Assembly: GCA_027592785.1 (NCBI GenBank)
Contig: JAQCLD010000002.1
Location: 45,000 to 108,999, forward strand
DNA length: 64,000 nt
Direction of reading: 5' to 3'
Origin: Acidobacteriota bacterium
GTDB taxonomy: Bacteria; Acidobacteriota; Terriglobia; Bryobacterales; UBA6623
Part shown: positions 1 through 11,205 of the stretch, one piece after another
Layout: each line of letters opens with the position of its first letter
Numbering within the stretch: position 1 is the stretch's first letter
The notes under the pieces: generated by a model
What the model was told of the DNA's origin: nothing
The model's input: the letters and a program-made list of their open reading frames with translations, nothing else
The model's database searches: none
Translations under genes and position numbers: made by a program

Positions 1-114
1 TCCAGTGAGGCCGGTATTGAAGACGACCTCGCCGGCCCGTTCGACGCGCGCACCGATACCCCTTCCTCGAAAGATGCGTCCGTCTTCGAGCACTAACAGA
101 GCTGCAAAACTCAT
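1..114 (-). CDS. carA: carbamoyl-phosphate synthase small subunit, N-terminal fragment (gene runs off the window start)
   Basis: The reverse-strand ATG at 112-114 reads [38 protein letters not shown]. This matches the conserved CarA N-terminus (VLEDG..F.G, GEVVFNT.MTG). The start overlaps the lepB stop (ATGA). Confidence 0.8.
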   Translation of the reverse strand, partial: MSFAALLVLEDGRIFRGRGIGARVERAGEVVFNTGLTG

Positions 115-728
115 TCCAGTACTCCGAAGCGCTCCAGCGGCCAATAGGCGAAGACTGCCTTGCCGGTGACGAACGGCAGCGGCACGGTTCCCCACATGCG
201 GCTATCGTTTGAGGTATTTCGGTGGTCCCCGAGAACGTAGAGGCTGGCATCCGGCACGACTACAGCGGCATGGCTGGAGGGGTCCCGATACTCGGCGGGA
301 ACATACCACTCGTCCACGCTTTCGCCGTTGACGAACAGCTGACCGCCGATGATTTCCACGACATCCCCCGAGACGCCGACGACCCTCTTGATGTAAGACT
401 TTTGCGGATCGAGCGGAAAGCGAAAAACGATCACGTCGCCTTTGCCGACTTCGTCGAAGTTGTAGAGGAACTTATTGACGAAGATGCGTTCTTGGTCTTG
501 CAGCCAGGGCATCATGCTGGTGCCCTCAACATTTACCGGCTGGTAGAGGAAGACGATTACGACGGCGGCGATGGCCAAGGAGACGAAAATATCGCGGATC
601 CAGACCTGGATATCGAGCCCAAACGCGGTCCAAGCAGGATCGGCAAAGTGTTCCGGCAACGACTTAGCGTTCTCCGGCTGCGCTGCAGGTCCGGAGGCGA
701 GGCCATCCGACTCCCGAGTAGGATCCAT
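111..728 (-). CDS. lepB: signal peptidase I (S26 family)
   Basis: There is one N-terminal TM segment. S26 boxes are present: GTSMMPWL (catalytic Ser), [12 protein letters not shown] (catalytic Lys) and [11 protein letters not shown]. Confidence 0.9.
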   Translation of the reverse strand: MDPTRESDGLASGPAAQPENAKSLPEHFADPAWTAFGLDIQVWIRDIFVSLAIAAVVIVFLYQPVNVEGTSMMPWLQDQERIFVNKFLYNFDEVGKGDVIVFRFPLDPQKSYIKRVVGVSGDVVEIIGGQLFVNGESVDEWYVPAEYRDPSSHAAVVVPDASLYVLGDHRNTSNDSRMWGTVPLPFVTGKAVFAYWPLERFGVLE

Positions 729-822
729 CAGTAGAAGAAAATCGAGCCGCGGCCCGAAGAGGGCCTACAGCATTTTTACCATGCCGGTTCGCATGGGAAC
801 AAGTTTTGGACGGGCCTCGGCG

Positions 823-1770
823 CTACTTCTCAGCATCCCTTTCCTTAATCATAGGGGGCGCCAGGCCAAGTCTTCGACCGATGCGGTAGGCCCAACCGCT
901 GTAGATTTGGCGAATGTGGGCGCGCAGCTCTTCGGCCTTGTCGTCGGATGATTGACGAAGGTCCCGAAGAGCCACTTCCGCCGCGTGAGTCGACCTCTTC
1001 AGCGCCTCGTTCTCAGCTTCAAGCACGGCCTGCTCAGCTTCAAGCAGGGCGAACTCAACTTCGAGCAATGTCTGCTCAACCTGCGGATCGGGCTCGCGCT
1101 TGGGAACCTTCCGCATGGTTAACCAAAAGTACTGCTCCCCGACGCCTGCGAAGTCTTCAATCTGCAATTTGTTTTCACGCGCCGCCCGCACGGCATCCAA
1201 AGCCGAGAATCGCGCGCCGAACCAGGTATCGTTAGGCGTCGCCGCTGCGCCGGGGCTGCCTTGCACTTGAAACTTAAACAAGGCGTCCGGCTTCAGACGG
1301 AGAGCGACTTCACGTATGTAGCCGCGTATCACCTCAATGTCGGGGATGTGCTGGAAGACGATGTAGCTCAGCGCGAAATCGAGCCACACGTCGCCAATGG
1401 CGTCCAGATCCACTCCGTTGGTGTGGGTCCAACTCACATTTTCGATATCCGCTAGCCGAGCGCGAGCCCTAGCGAGCATCTCACCGCTAACGTCTACCGC
1501 GTGTACATGGCCAAATATTTCAGCGATCGACCGCGTCATGCGACCCGCTCCGCAGCCGATCTCCAGTACGGTCAGCTCCTTGGGGTCCCGTTCGCCCGCT
1601 ATGCGTGCCAGGTCAGCGATAACGACATGTTCGGTGGACGCGAACCCCGAATGATCGAACTCTTCCTCAGACCATTCCTCTCGACCACTGGCAACGTAGT
1701 GATAGGCGTTCTCCCGCGCACGCTCGTCCCATTCCAGGCGCATCTTTTCGCTGATTGGTTGCACTTCCAC
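823..1770 (-). CDS. class I SAM-dependent methyltransferase with C-terminal coiled-coil tail
   Basis: SAM-binding motif I VLEIGCGAGRMT, followed by an acidic loop (HAVDVS). The C-terminal ~90 aa are heptad-like (LLEVEFALLEAEQAVLEAENEALK). Confidence 0.75.
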   Translation of the reverse strand: MEVQPISEKMRLEWDERARENAYHYVASGREEWSEEEFDHSGFASTEHVVIADLARIAGERDPKELTVLEIGCGAGRMTRSIAEIFGHVHAVDVSGEMLARARARLADIENVSWTHTNGVDLDAIGDVWLDFALSYIVFQHIPDIEVIRGYIREVALRLKPDALFKFQVQGSPGAAATPNDTWFGARFSALDAVRAARENKLQIEDFAGVGEQYFWLTMRKVPKREPDPQVEQTLLEVEFALLEAEQAVLEAENEALKRSTHAAEVALRDLRQSSDDKAEELRAHIRQIYSGWAYRIGRRLGLAPPMIKERDAEK

Positions 1771-1904
1771 GGTCCTAGGCGATCTCCGCCACTATTCTGG
1801 ATCAACACGGCAGCGCACGTAAACAAGGGCGCGCCAGATCGCCGATCCCAACTCCCAGGTTGGTCATTGAGAGTACTAGACTTGCGGCCCGTTTGGCGTC
1901 TCGC

Positions 1905-1953
1905 TTGACGTCGGGATAGGCGGAGGCCTATGTTGTACCTAACTAGCTAGGTA
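1905..1953 (+). promoter_or_regulatory. putative sigma70-like promoter plus palindromic operator in front of padR
   Basis: TTGACG (1905-1910), an 18 nt spacer, then TATGTT (1929-1934). The inverted repeat TACCTA-N6-TAGGTA (1936-1953) abuts the padR ATG, which is typical geometry for PadR autoregulation. Predicted by eye only. Confidence 0.3.
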
Positions 1954-2291
1954 TGAAGAAATCCAAGAACGACATCCTGCAAGGAACGCTGACTCTGCTG
2001 GTGTTGCGGACGCTGGAGGCTCACGGAGCCTGCCACGGCTACGGCCTGTGCGGTCACATTCAGGCCGCATCCACTGATCTTTTGAGGGTGGAGGAAGGGT
2101 CTCTCTACCCGGCTTTGCACCGCATGGAGCAGGACGGCTGGCTGAGGTCGAGTTGGGCGCTGAGCGAGAAGGGCCGGCGGGCGAAGTTCTACGAACTGAC
2201 CAAGCGAGGCCTCGCCCAGCTGGAGGCGGAAAAAAAGAGTTGGGATCGGCTGACGACGGGCGTGGCTCTGGTGCTGCGGCCGGTTGAGTGA
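1953..2291 (+). CDS. PadR-family transcriptional regulator
   Basis: Winged-helix PadR signature: LQGTLTLLVLRTLEAHGACHGYGL...EGSLYPALHRMEQDGWL...YYELT.RG. The size (112 aa) is typical. Confidence 0.9.
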   Translation: MKKSKNDILQGTLTLLVLRTLEAHGACHGYGLCGHIQAASTDLLRVEEGSLYPALHRMEQDGWLRSSWALSEKGRRAKFYELTKRGLAQLEAEKKSWDRLTTGVALVLRPVE

Positions 2292-2300
2292 GGAGGCGCG

Positions 2301-5009
2301 ATGGCCTGGCATCACCGTATCGCTAACGTTTTCCGGTCGCGCAAGATTTCGCGCGATCTCGACGACGAGCTGGCATTCCATATCGCTGAGCGCACGGACG
2401 AACTCGTGGCCAAGGGAATGAGCGAGAGGGATGCGCGGCGCGAAGCTGCGCGTCTGTTTGGCTCCTACACGTTACAGAAAGAGGAGACAGGGGATATGGA
2501 CATCGCGCGAGCGTTGGAAGCGTTTGTGGGCGACCTGAAATACGGCGTTAGGCAGTTGCGGCTGAACCCTGGATTCGCCACCGTGGCCGTTCTGTCGTTG
2601 GCTTTGGGGATCGGGGCTAATTCGGGAATCTTCCAGCTGATCAATGCCCTGCGGCTCAAAGGATTGCCCGTGGCGCGCCCCGCCGAACTGGTCGCCATCG
2701 AGAAGGGGCCGGATTTTTTCCAGTCCGGTTGGTTTGAGGCCCGCAATCCTGCATATACGTACGCGCAGATCGAACGAATAACGGAGCAGCAGAAGGCCTT
2801 CATCGGCGTGTCGGCATTCGGCACGGCAGGTTTCAATTTGAGCAAGGGGGGCGAGGCTGTTTACGCGGAGGCGCTGTTTGTGACCCCGAACTTTCTCGAC
2901 GTGTTGGGAGTTAAGCCGGTGCTGGGCGGGTGGCTGACGCCGGAGACAGACCCGCGGGATTGTTCGGGAGCCGGAGCATTACTGGACTACAACTTCTGGC
3001 AACGGCAGTACGGCGGCGATCTCTCGGTGGTTGGGCGCGAGATCAGCCTCAATGGGCGCAGCTTCCCGATCCTAGGAGTTACTCCCGCATCCTTCGCTGG
3101 AGTCGAAACCGGACGTCGGTTTGAGGTAGCCGTACCTGTTTGCGCAGACGGAATTTTCTCGGGAAACGGCCAAGGACGTTTGACCAACAAGACGGCTTGG
3201 TGGCTGACGCCGATTGCGCGACTCAAACCGGAGTGGACGGTGGATCGCGCGGACGCGCACATGCGCGAGATCTCGCCTGTCATTTTCCGAGAAACGCAGC
3301 CGGAGTCCTACCGGGCCGATGGAATCGAAAAATATCTGAACAACAAACTCACCGCCGTGCCGGCCGGGGCCGGCGTGTCGTCGCTGCGCGAAAGGTATGA
3401 AGGTCCGCTGTTGATTCTGTTGGTTAGTACGGGATTGGTGCTGCTGATCGCATGCGCAAACCTGGCGAACCTGTTGCTGGCGCGGGCCAGCGTACGCGAA
3501 CGCGAGATGGCCTTGCGCCAGGCGGTCGGCGCATCGAGTAGAAGGGTCGTGGCTCAACTGATGTCCGAGAGTTTGCTCTTGGCGGGCATCGGCGCCGCGT
3601 TCGGCGCCTGGTTGGCGTACTTGCTCGGCCGCGGGCTGGTGCTGTTTCTGCGTGGAGGCGGGGAACAACTGGAAGTGCCGCTGGGGTTGGATTGGCGGGT
3701 TGTTGGATTCACTGCGGCATTGGCGCTAGCGACGTGTTTGTTATTTGGGTTGGCGCCGGCGCTGCGCGCCACGCGGACGGCCCCTGCGGATGCCATGTGG
3801 GGCGGCCGCGGCTCGGCTTCCTCGGCGGAGCGCAATGGCCTGAGAAGGGCCTTGGTTGTGGCTCAGATTTGGTTGTCGTTGGTGCTGCTCGTGGGGGCAT
3901 TGCTCTTTGGCCAAAGTTTGCGAAATCTCATGAGCACCGACACCGGCATCGTGACCGAAGGCGTTCTGGCCGCCGGAGTCAACTCGGGATTGCTGGATTT
4001 GGGGATGGAACGGCAACGCGAGGTCTACCGTCGCCTGGAAGAGAGGTTCAACGCACTGCCGGGCGTGGTTTCCGCAGCGACCGTTTCGAATACACCTTTT
4101 GGTGGCAACAGTTGGAACGAGAGCGCCCACGCCGACGACGACGCTGCGGCCACCGGAGGCAAGAACGTCTGGCTGAATCGGGTCGGACCGGGATACTTCC
4201 GCACGATGGGGACCCCCTTGCTGGCTGGGCGTGATTTCGGAGCCCAGGATAGTCCGAAGGCTCCGAAAACAGCGATTGTGAATCAAGAGATGGCGGAGGA
4301 GTTCTTTGGCGGGGCGGACCCGGTCGGCAGAACCTTCCGGACCGAGGCGTACGCGGGTTCCGAGGATCCGGTTTACCAGATCGTTGGTCTGGTCACGGAC
4401 ACAAAGTATGGGAGCCTTCGCGAGGAGCAACGGGCGATCGCATTTCTGCCCTGGCAAGAGGAAGCGGAGATGAAGAACATGAACTTCGTGATTCGCTCCC
4501 AAGGCGGAATGGGCGATGTGATGACGGGCGTGAAGGGCGCACTGGCGGAGATTGACCCTGCCCTCCTGGTGGAGTTCGACGTCTTAGACGTGCAGGTGCA
4601 GCGCACGGTACTGCGCGAACGGCTGATGGCGACGCTTTCGGGTGGCTTTGGATTCCTGGCAGCGCTGTTGTCGGCGCTAGGGCTATACGGCGTGATGTCG
4701 TACATGGTCGCCAGAAGGCGCAATGAAATAGGCGTGCGCATGGCGCTGGGGGCCCAACCCAGCGATGTGCGCCGACTGGTTTTTGGCGAAGCGGGACGCC
4801 TTGTGTTGGTGGGCTTGGCTATTGGGCTGGCCAGTTCGTTCGCGCTAACGCGCTACGCGGAATCCTTGCTCTACGGCTTACAGCCGAATGATCTGAAGAC
4901 CCTGGCGCTAGGGTGTGGATTGCTGGCGGCGACGGCATTCGTGGCAACGTCGCTGCCCGTGCGGCGGGCAACGAAGTTGGACCCAGCGACTGTCCTGCGT
5001 GACGAGTGA
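2301..5009 (+). CDS. ADOP-type duplicated FtsX/MacB-like ABC permease
   Basis: The 902 aa protein contains two copies of the MacB periplasmic domain plus FtsX four-helix module. The N-terminus (FRSRKISRDLDDELAFHI..R..EL...GMS...AR.EA...FG) is characteristic of the Acidobacterial duplicated orphan permease family. It lies 9 nt downstream of padR. Confidence 0.85.
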   Translation: MAWHHRIANVFRSRKISRDLDDELAFHIAERTDELVAKGMSERDARREAARLFGSYTLQKEETGDMDIARALEAFVGDLKYGVRQLRLNPGFATVAVLSLALGIGANSGIFQLINALRLKGLPVARPAELVAIEKGPDFFQSGWFEARNPAYTYAQIERITEQQKAFIGVSAFGTAGFNLSKGGEAVYAEALFVTPNFLDVLGVKPVLGGWLTPETDPRDCSGAGALLDYNFWQRQYGGDLSVVGREISLNGRSFPILGVTPASFAGVETGRRFEVAVPVCADGIFSGNGQGRLTNKTAWWLTPIARLKPEWTVDRADAHMREISPVIFRETQPESYRADGIEKYLNNKLTAVPAGAGVSSLRERYEGPLLILLVSTGLVLLIACANLANLLLARASVREREMALRQAVGASSRRVVAQLMSESLLLAGIGAAFGAWLAYLLGRGLVLFLRGGGEQLEVPLGLDWRVVGFTAALALATCLLFGLAPALRATRTAPADAMWGGRGSASSAERNGLRRALVVAQIWLSLVLLVGALLFGQSLRNLMSTDTGIVTEGVLAAGVNSGLLDLGMERQREVYRRLEERFNALPGVVSAATVSNTPFGGNSWNESAHADDDAAATGGKNVWLNRVGPGYFRTMGTPLLAGRDFGAQDSPKAPKTAIVNQEMAEEFFGGADPVGRTFRTEAYAGSEDPVYQIVGLVTDTKYGSLREEQRAIAFLPWQEEAEMKNMNFVIRSQGGMGDVMTGVKGALAEIDPALLVEFDVLDVQVQRTVLRERLMATLSGGFGFLAALLSALGLYGVMSYMVARRRNEIGVRMALGAQPSDVRRLVFGEAGRLVLVGLAIGLASSFALTRYAESLLYGLQPNDLKTLALGCGLLAATAFVATSLPVRRATKLDPATVLRDE

Positions 5010-5014
5010 TCGCG

Positions 5015-7306
5015 TCAGGGCAAGCCGAAGACTAGGATGTTTGGACCGTTAGAGACGGCGATGTACTGTTTGCCTCCGGCTAGGTAGGTCATTGGCGACG
5101 AGCGCCAGCTGTGGCCGTCGCCGAGTTCGGTGGAGGCGTTAGTTTGGATGTGCCAAAGGTCTTCGCCGGTGGCGGCGTCGACCGCGCCCAGGGCTCCGCT
5201 GTCTTCACCAAAGAAGACCAGACCTCCGGCGGTGGATAGCACGCCGCCCCAACTGTCAGCCGTGCCGATTTGCGGGAGTTCCCATTTGCGCTCGCCCGTT
5301 TCGATGTCGAGTGCACGCAGGAACATCCGGCCGGGCTCCAAGGGGATCGGTTTGGGGTTCCAGCGCGGCGGCTTGACGTAAATGCCGCAGGCTTCGCGGG
5401 CTTGCACGTAGAAGAGCTGTGTTTCGGGACTGAAGGCGACCGATGGCCAGTTGGCGGCTCCCAAAACATTCGGGCAGACTTTTGTTCCGTCGTGTGCGGG
5501 CTCAAGGCCGGGGACGACGATCGGGCGGCCGCCGGAGCCGATTCCTGTGGCCCAGTTGAGTTTGTCGACGAACTGTTCGCCGAGCAGCAACTCGCCGTTA
5601 GTGCGATCAAAGACGTAGAAGAAGCCGTTGCGATTAGCTTGCAGCAGCAGCTTGCGATCCTGGCCGCGATAGCGGGCGTTGAGGATCATCGGCGTTTGGC
5701 CGCCGTCCCAGTCATAGAGGTCGTGCGGCGTGAACTGGTAGTACCACTTCAGCGCGCCGGTCTTTGAATCAAGCGCGAGAACGGAGTCGGTATACAGGTT
5801 GTCGCCGCGGCGCTCGTCGCCGTTCATGGACGGGTAAGGGTTGCCGACTCCCCAGAAGACGGTGTCGGTCTCCGGGTCGTAGGTGCCGGTCATCCAGGTG
5901 CCGCCGCCGCCGCCGAATTCGGCCAACGCGGTACCTTGCCAGGTTTCGGACAAAGGTTCGCCGGGGGCGGGAACGGTCCAGAAACGCCAAACCTGTTCGC
6001 CGGTATCGACTTTGAAGGCCGAGAGGAAGCCGCGCACGCCGAGGTCGCCACCCGAGATGCCGGCCACGACCATGTCGTTGACCACGAGCGGCGCCGAGGT
6101 GTTGCCGTAATTGTTCTTGTCGAGGCCGGCGGTAAGGTCGGTTTCCCACACGAGTTCGCCGGTGACGCGGTGCAGAGCCAGCAGACGGCCATTGTCGGTC
6201 ACGGTGAAGACGCGATCTCCGAGTACGGCGACTCCGCGATTGGTGCCCTTGGCAGGATCTCCCCGCACGTCGGTGGAGCGCGGACGCTGATAGTGCCAGA
6301 GGGTTCGGCCCTGGCGGGCGTCGAGCGCAAAGACTTGATTGGGCCCGGTGACGTACATCACGCCGTCGACGACGACAGGGGTGAGTTCGAGGACGAAGTG
6401 GTTGATGGGGAACACCCACTTGAGAGCCAGGGAACTGACGTTCGCCGCGGTGATTTGGTCGAGTTCGCTGTGGCGGTTGCCGCTAATAGCGCCGTGATAG
6501 GTGGTCCAGTCGCCACTCTGGGGATGGGCGATCTGCTCGAAGGTCGGGCCGCCGGTTGAGCCGAAGGGGAACGGATCGGTGTCAACATCCACGCCGCCTA
6601 ATGAACTGAGATAGGCCACCAGGTTGTCGCACTCCGCGCCGGCACATTTTCCTTCGGGCATGAACGAGCGCGATTCGCGACTGACGACTTCATACTCACC
6701 GGCGCTGAGGAAATGGAAGCGTCCAGCGGGGTCCTGCAATTGGATGTTGTAACGGCTCTCGTTGCGGGCGAAGCCGCTCAGAGATTCGCCGTTGGCCAGT
6801 TGCAGGTTGACCGTCGCATAGCCCTTCTTGATGTTGGCTGAAGGGCTCAGGATCGCCTGGCGAATCGCGTCGACGGTGAGTTGTCGACCAAGAGAAGACA
6901 GGTCGGGGCCGACCGTTTTTCCCAGGCCGAAAACCATGTGGCAGCTAGCGCAACCGGCTGTGCTGAAGAACAGTTGCTCGCCGACTGCGCGGTTACCTTC
7001 GACCGCGGAGTCGATCGCTGGCGCGCTCAGAGAACGAACGAAGTCGGTGACGGCGTCGAGTTCAGCGACAGGGAGGTTGAACGCGGGCATGCCGGAGCCG
7101 GGGATGCCGTTGCGAACCACGGCTAGAAGTTGTTCGCGGGTTTGGGCGCGCACGCGGCGGTTGTCGGCGAGATTGGGTCCGCGTTCGGTACCGTGACCGT
7201 CGCCGTGGCAGACCTGGCACTGGGCGGCGAAGACCTCGCGGCCTTGCTGGGCGAGGGCCTGCGATGAAAAGAGCAAGCAGGAGATGAGGCAGATTCTCGA
7301 CAACAT
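5015..7306 (-). CDS. secreted di-haem cytochrome c fused to a PQQ-type eight-bladed beta-propeller dehydrogenase
   Basis: A signal peptide is followed by two CXXCH motifs (CQVCH, CASCH). The PQQ-dehydrogenase propeller follows (DWTTYHGAISGNRHSELDQI...LKWVF...TPVVVDGVMYVTG...ALDARQGRTLWHY). Confidence 0.8.
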   Translation of the reverse strand: MLSRICLISCLLFSSQALAQQGREVFAAQCQVCHGDGHGTERGPNLADNRRVRAQTREQLLAVVRNGIPGSGMPAFNLPVAELDAVTDFVRSLSAPAIDSAVEGNRAVGEQLFFSTAGCASCHMVFGLGKTVGPDLSSLGRQLTVDAIRQAILSPSANIKKGYATVNLQLANGESLSGFARNESRYNIQLQDPAGRFHFLSAGEYEVVSRESRSFMPEGKCAGAECDNLVAYLSSLGGVDVDTDPFPFGSTGGPTFEQIAHPQSGDWTTYHGAISGNRHSELDQITAANVSSLALKWVFPINHFVLELTPVVVDGVMYVTGPNQVFALDARQGRTLWHYQRPRSTDVRGDPAKGTNRGVAVLGDRVFTVTDNGRLLALHRVTGELVWETDLTAGLDKNNYGNTSAPLVVNDMVVAGISGGDLGVRGFLSAFKVDTGEQVWRFWTVPAPGEPLSETWQGTALAEFGGGGGTWMTGTYDPETDTVFWGVGNPYPSMNGDERRGDNLYTDSVLALDSKTGALKWYYQFTPHDLYDWDGGQTPMILNARYRGQDRKLLLQANRNGFFYVFDRTNGELLLGEQFVDKLNWATGIGSGGRPIVVPGLEPAHDGTKVCPNVLGAANWPSVAFSPETQLFYVQAREACGIYVKPPRWNPKPIPLEPGRMFLRALDIETGERKWELPQIGTADSWGGVLSTAGGLVFFGEDSGALGAVDAATGEDLWHIQTNASTELGDGHSWRSSPMTYLAGGKQYIAVSNGPNILVFGLP

Positions 7307-7326
7307 GATGGATTCCAGGGGAGGTG

Positions 7327-8148
7327 CTAGTTCGATTTTCGCTCGATGGGCCCGCTAGGCGGCGCCAGTTTCATTGAGCCCCAAGTGGAGTCGTCATCGC
7401 CGGTTCCATAGATGATGAAGTGTCCGCCGTAGTCGCCGCCGTCGGGGTCCGTGTGGATGATTTCGAGGCCATAGAGATCGCCGACTGTCGGCGCCCGCCA
7501 ACTCGGACTGCTGGCGCCGAGGGTCGCCTTCATGGCAACGCGGGCTTCGAGGGTAAAGTCCGCTTGGTGGCCGCTCATCTTGATGGAATAGTCGACAGCC
7601 TTGGCGGGGATCGGTTCTTCGATGTAGGTCTTGCCGGGTGCGCCGTGACGCCACCAGGCGGCGTAGGGCGGGCGCTGTGTGTCGATGACGAAGCAGAAAG
7701 CGTTATCGCCCTCGCCGAAGTTCTTGGCGACGTGATTGCGAGGGGCTTCGATGAACCAGCAGATGGCGTCTTTGTAGTACCAGCGCTTGGGCTCGTGCGC
7801 GGGGTCGGCGCCGTCGTTGACGTTGTCGCGCACTTCGGCGCCGAGATAGAGATACTCGTCGTCCCAGGCGATGAAGTAGCGTGCTGCGAGGTCTTCATCG
7901 GCGGAAGGTTCGTCGCCGTGGCGGGTGAGGCGGTTGCGCGCCGGGTCGTACCAAGGAGATTTCGCGATGCGGGCAATGTCCCATACGCCGTCGGAGAAGG
8001 CGTGATCACGCCACTCGGCGAGGTTGCCGTCGACTGTGGGCGCGAACTCAAGACGGGGAACCGCGATGGGGTAGTTGTAGGGATCGTCGGCCTGGCCCGC
8101 GCTCAACACAGCGGCAGCGGCCAGCGTCAGGGCAAGCATTCGTCGCAT
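7327..8148 (-). CDS. secreted carbohydrate-binding family 9 / DOMON-like protein
   Basis: Signal peptide MRRMLALTLAAAAVLSAG. CBM9-like pattern present: PTVDGNLAEW....F......YFIAWDDEYLYLGAEVRDN. Confidence 0.6.
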   Translation of the reverse strand: MRRMLALTLAAAAVLSAGQADDPYNYPIAVPRLEFAPTVDGNLAEWRDHAFSDGVWDIARIAKSPWYDPARNRLTRHGDEPSADEDLAARYFIAWDDEYLYLGAEVRDNVNDGADPAHEPKRWYYKDAICWFIEAPRNHVAKNFGEGDNAFCFVIDTQRPPYAAWWRHGAPGKTYIEEPIPAKAVDYSIKMSGHQADFTLEARVAMKATLGASSPSWRAPTVGDLYGLEIIHTDPDGGDYGGHFIIYGTGDDDSTWGSMKLAPPSGPIERKSN

Positions 8149-8151
8149 GGG

Positions 8152-8967
8152 TTAACGATTTCCCTTCGAGCGCTCAAAATCTCGGAGCGTCTCTTCGTTG
8201 GGCGGGTACACGCCGTCGATCGAGCGGCCTTCGAGCAGGAGTTTGCGTTGAAAGTCTTCCAGCTCGCTCTTGGCCAGCGCAGCGTCGACCACCTCGTCGG
8301 CGAGCGCGGCTGGGATCACCAAGATGCCGTGGCGTTCACCCAACAGAATGTCGCCGGGAATGACGGTAACGTTGCCGATCCGCACCGGGACTTGGTAGTC
8401 GATACTCATCAGCACGGGCGAAACGGCGGCAGCTTGGCCGCGGCGGGTGTAGACCTGAAAAGGCATGCCGGCTAACTCGGGCAAGTCGCGCATCGCCCCG
8501 TCGATTACCATGCCTGCACCTCCTCGAACGAGGAAGCGCAACGTCGTGACGTCGCCTGAAACCGAGGACCGTGTGTCGCCTCCGGCGTCAAAGACGAGAA
8601 TGTCGCCGGGCATGGCCTCTTCTGCTGAAACATAGTTCAACTGTTTGCGGTCCGAGTACCACTTCTCACGCACGTCAGGACGATTCGGCAGATAGCGGAT
8701 CGTGCGGGCCCGGCCGATCAACCGGCGATCGTTGTGCAGCGGGTCGAGTTCGTTGATAAAGCACTGGGTGTAGCCGCGAGACCGCAATTGGGCCCAGACG
8801 GCTTCGAGGCCGACACGCGTCAGCTTCTCAAATAGCGCTTGGTCCTCGGGGCCGAGCTTGTCGAAAACGTAGGCGGGGACTTCGAACTCGGGACGCACGA
8901 TCTCCGGTTCAGCGCCCCAGGCGACGGCGGCTAGCAACAACGGCGCGCTCCAACGAATCCAGGTCAT
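8152..8967 (-). CDS. RraA/HMG-aldolase-fold protein with predicted signal peptide
   Basis: I place the start at ATG 8967, which is preceded by AAGGAG, rather than at the track start 9150. The N-terminus MTWIRWSAPLLLAAVAWGAEP looks like a signal peptide. The core matches the RraA-like fold (GDILVFDAGGD..SVSGDVTTLRFLVRGGAGMVIDGAMRD....MPFQVYTRR). Confidence 0.7.
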   Translation of the reverse strand: MTWIRWSAPLLLAAVAWGAEPEIVRPEFEVPAYVFDKLGPEDQALFEKLTRVGLEAVWAQLRSRGYTQCFINELDPLHNDRRLIGRARTIRYLPNRPDVREKWYSDRKQLNYVSAEEAMPGDILVFDAGGDTRSSVSGDVTTLRFLVRGGAGMVIDGAMRDLPELAGMPFQVYTRRGQAAAVSPVLMSIDYQVPVRIGNVTVIPGDILLGERHGILVIPAALADEVVDAALAKSELEDFQRKLLLEGRSIDGVYPPNEETLRDFERSKGNR

Positions 8968-9196
8968 GGCTGGTACTCCTTGCGGGGTTAGTCTAGCCGA
9001 AATCAAGGTGTTCAGCGCTCCAGGAGCCGCGAAGTCTCCTCCACGCGGCAACGGCAGCATGCTGTCTACCGGACTCGGCCGGAAAGGCGTCTCGCCCTTG
9101 AAGAGGTAGATGGGAGCGGACACAGCGACGCCCTGGCCCGCCCCCCTCACCGCAACACGGAAGCCGGAGACAGATTGTCAGGGCGGGGGGGGGCCT

Positions 9197-11002
<1,806 letters not shown>

Positions 11003-11093
11003 CTATTTTGTGGCTTGGAGTGTCGGGGACGCGCTCTCGTTGGTAACGATCGCTTGCGGTTAGGAGTCCAACTAACCCCGGCACGCTTTAGGA

Positions 11094-11122
11094 TATCACA
11101 GGGTAAATTGCTGTGATAGAAT
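11094..11122 (+). promoter_or_regulatory. inverted repeat overlapping an extended -10 element upstream of the VWA gene pair
   Basis: TATCACAG (11094-11101) and CTGTGATA (11111-11118) form a perfect 8 bp inverted repeat with a 9 nt spacer. TGaTAGAAT (11114-11122) matches an extended -10, 84 nt before the GTG at 11206. It sits in an AT-richer divergent spacer shared with pyrG. Confidence 0.3.
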
Positions 11123-11205
11123 GCTGCCAACAGATCAATCGGAACCGCATCCGACTGAAGCCGGTCGTTTGGTCTGACTATGTACGCTGAGAGAGGAGGT
11201 TCTGT

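Noticed and set aside
9136-9194. C-run/G-run inverted segments downstream of the pyrG stop, as a candidate terminator or G-quadruplex.
   Set aside because: The stem is imperfect (an internal C-C mismatch), the loop is about 35 nt, and no U-tract follows.
11058-11077. Hairpin GGTTAG-N8-CTAACC, which could look like a tRNA anticodon arm, in the pyrG upstream region.
   Set aside because: The loop is 8 nt without the U33/purine-37 pattern. There is no flanking acceptor, D or T arm, and no GTTCRANNC box.
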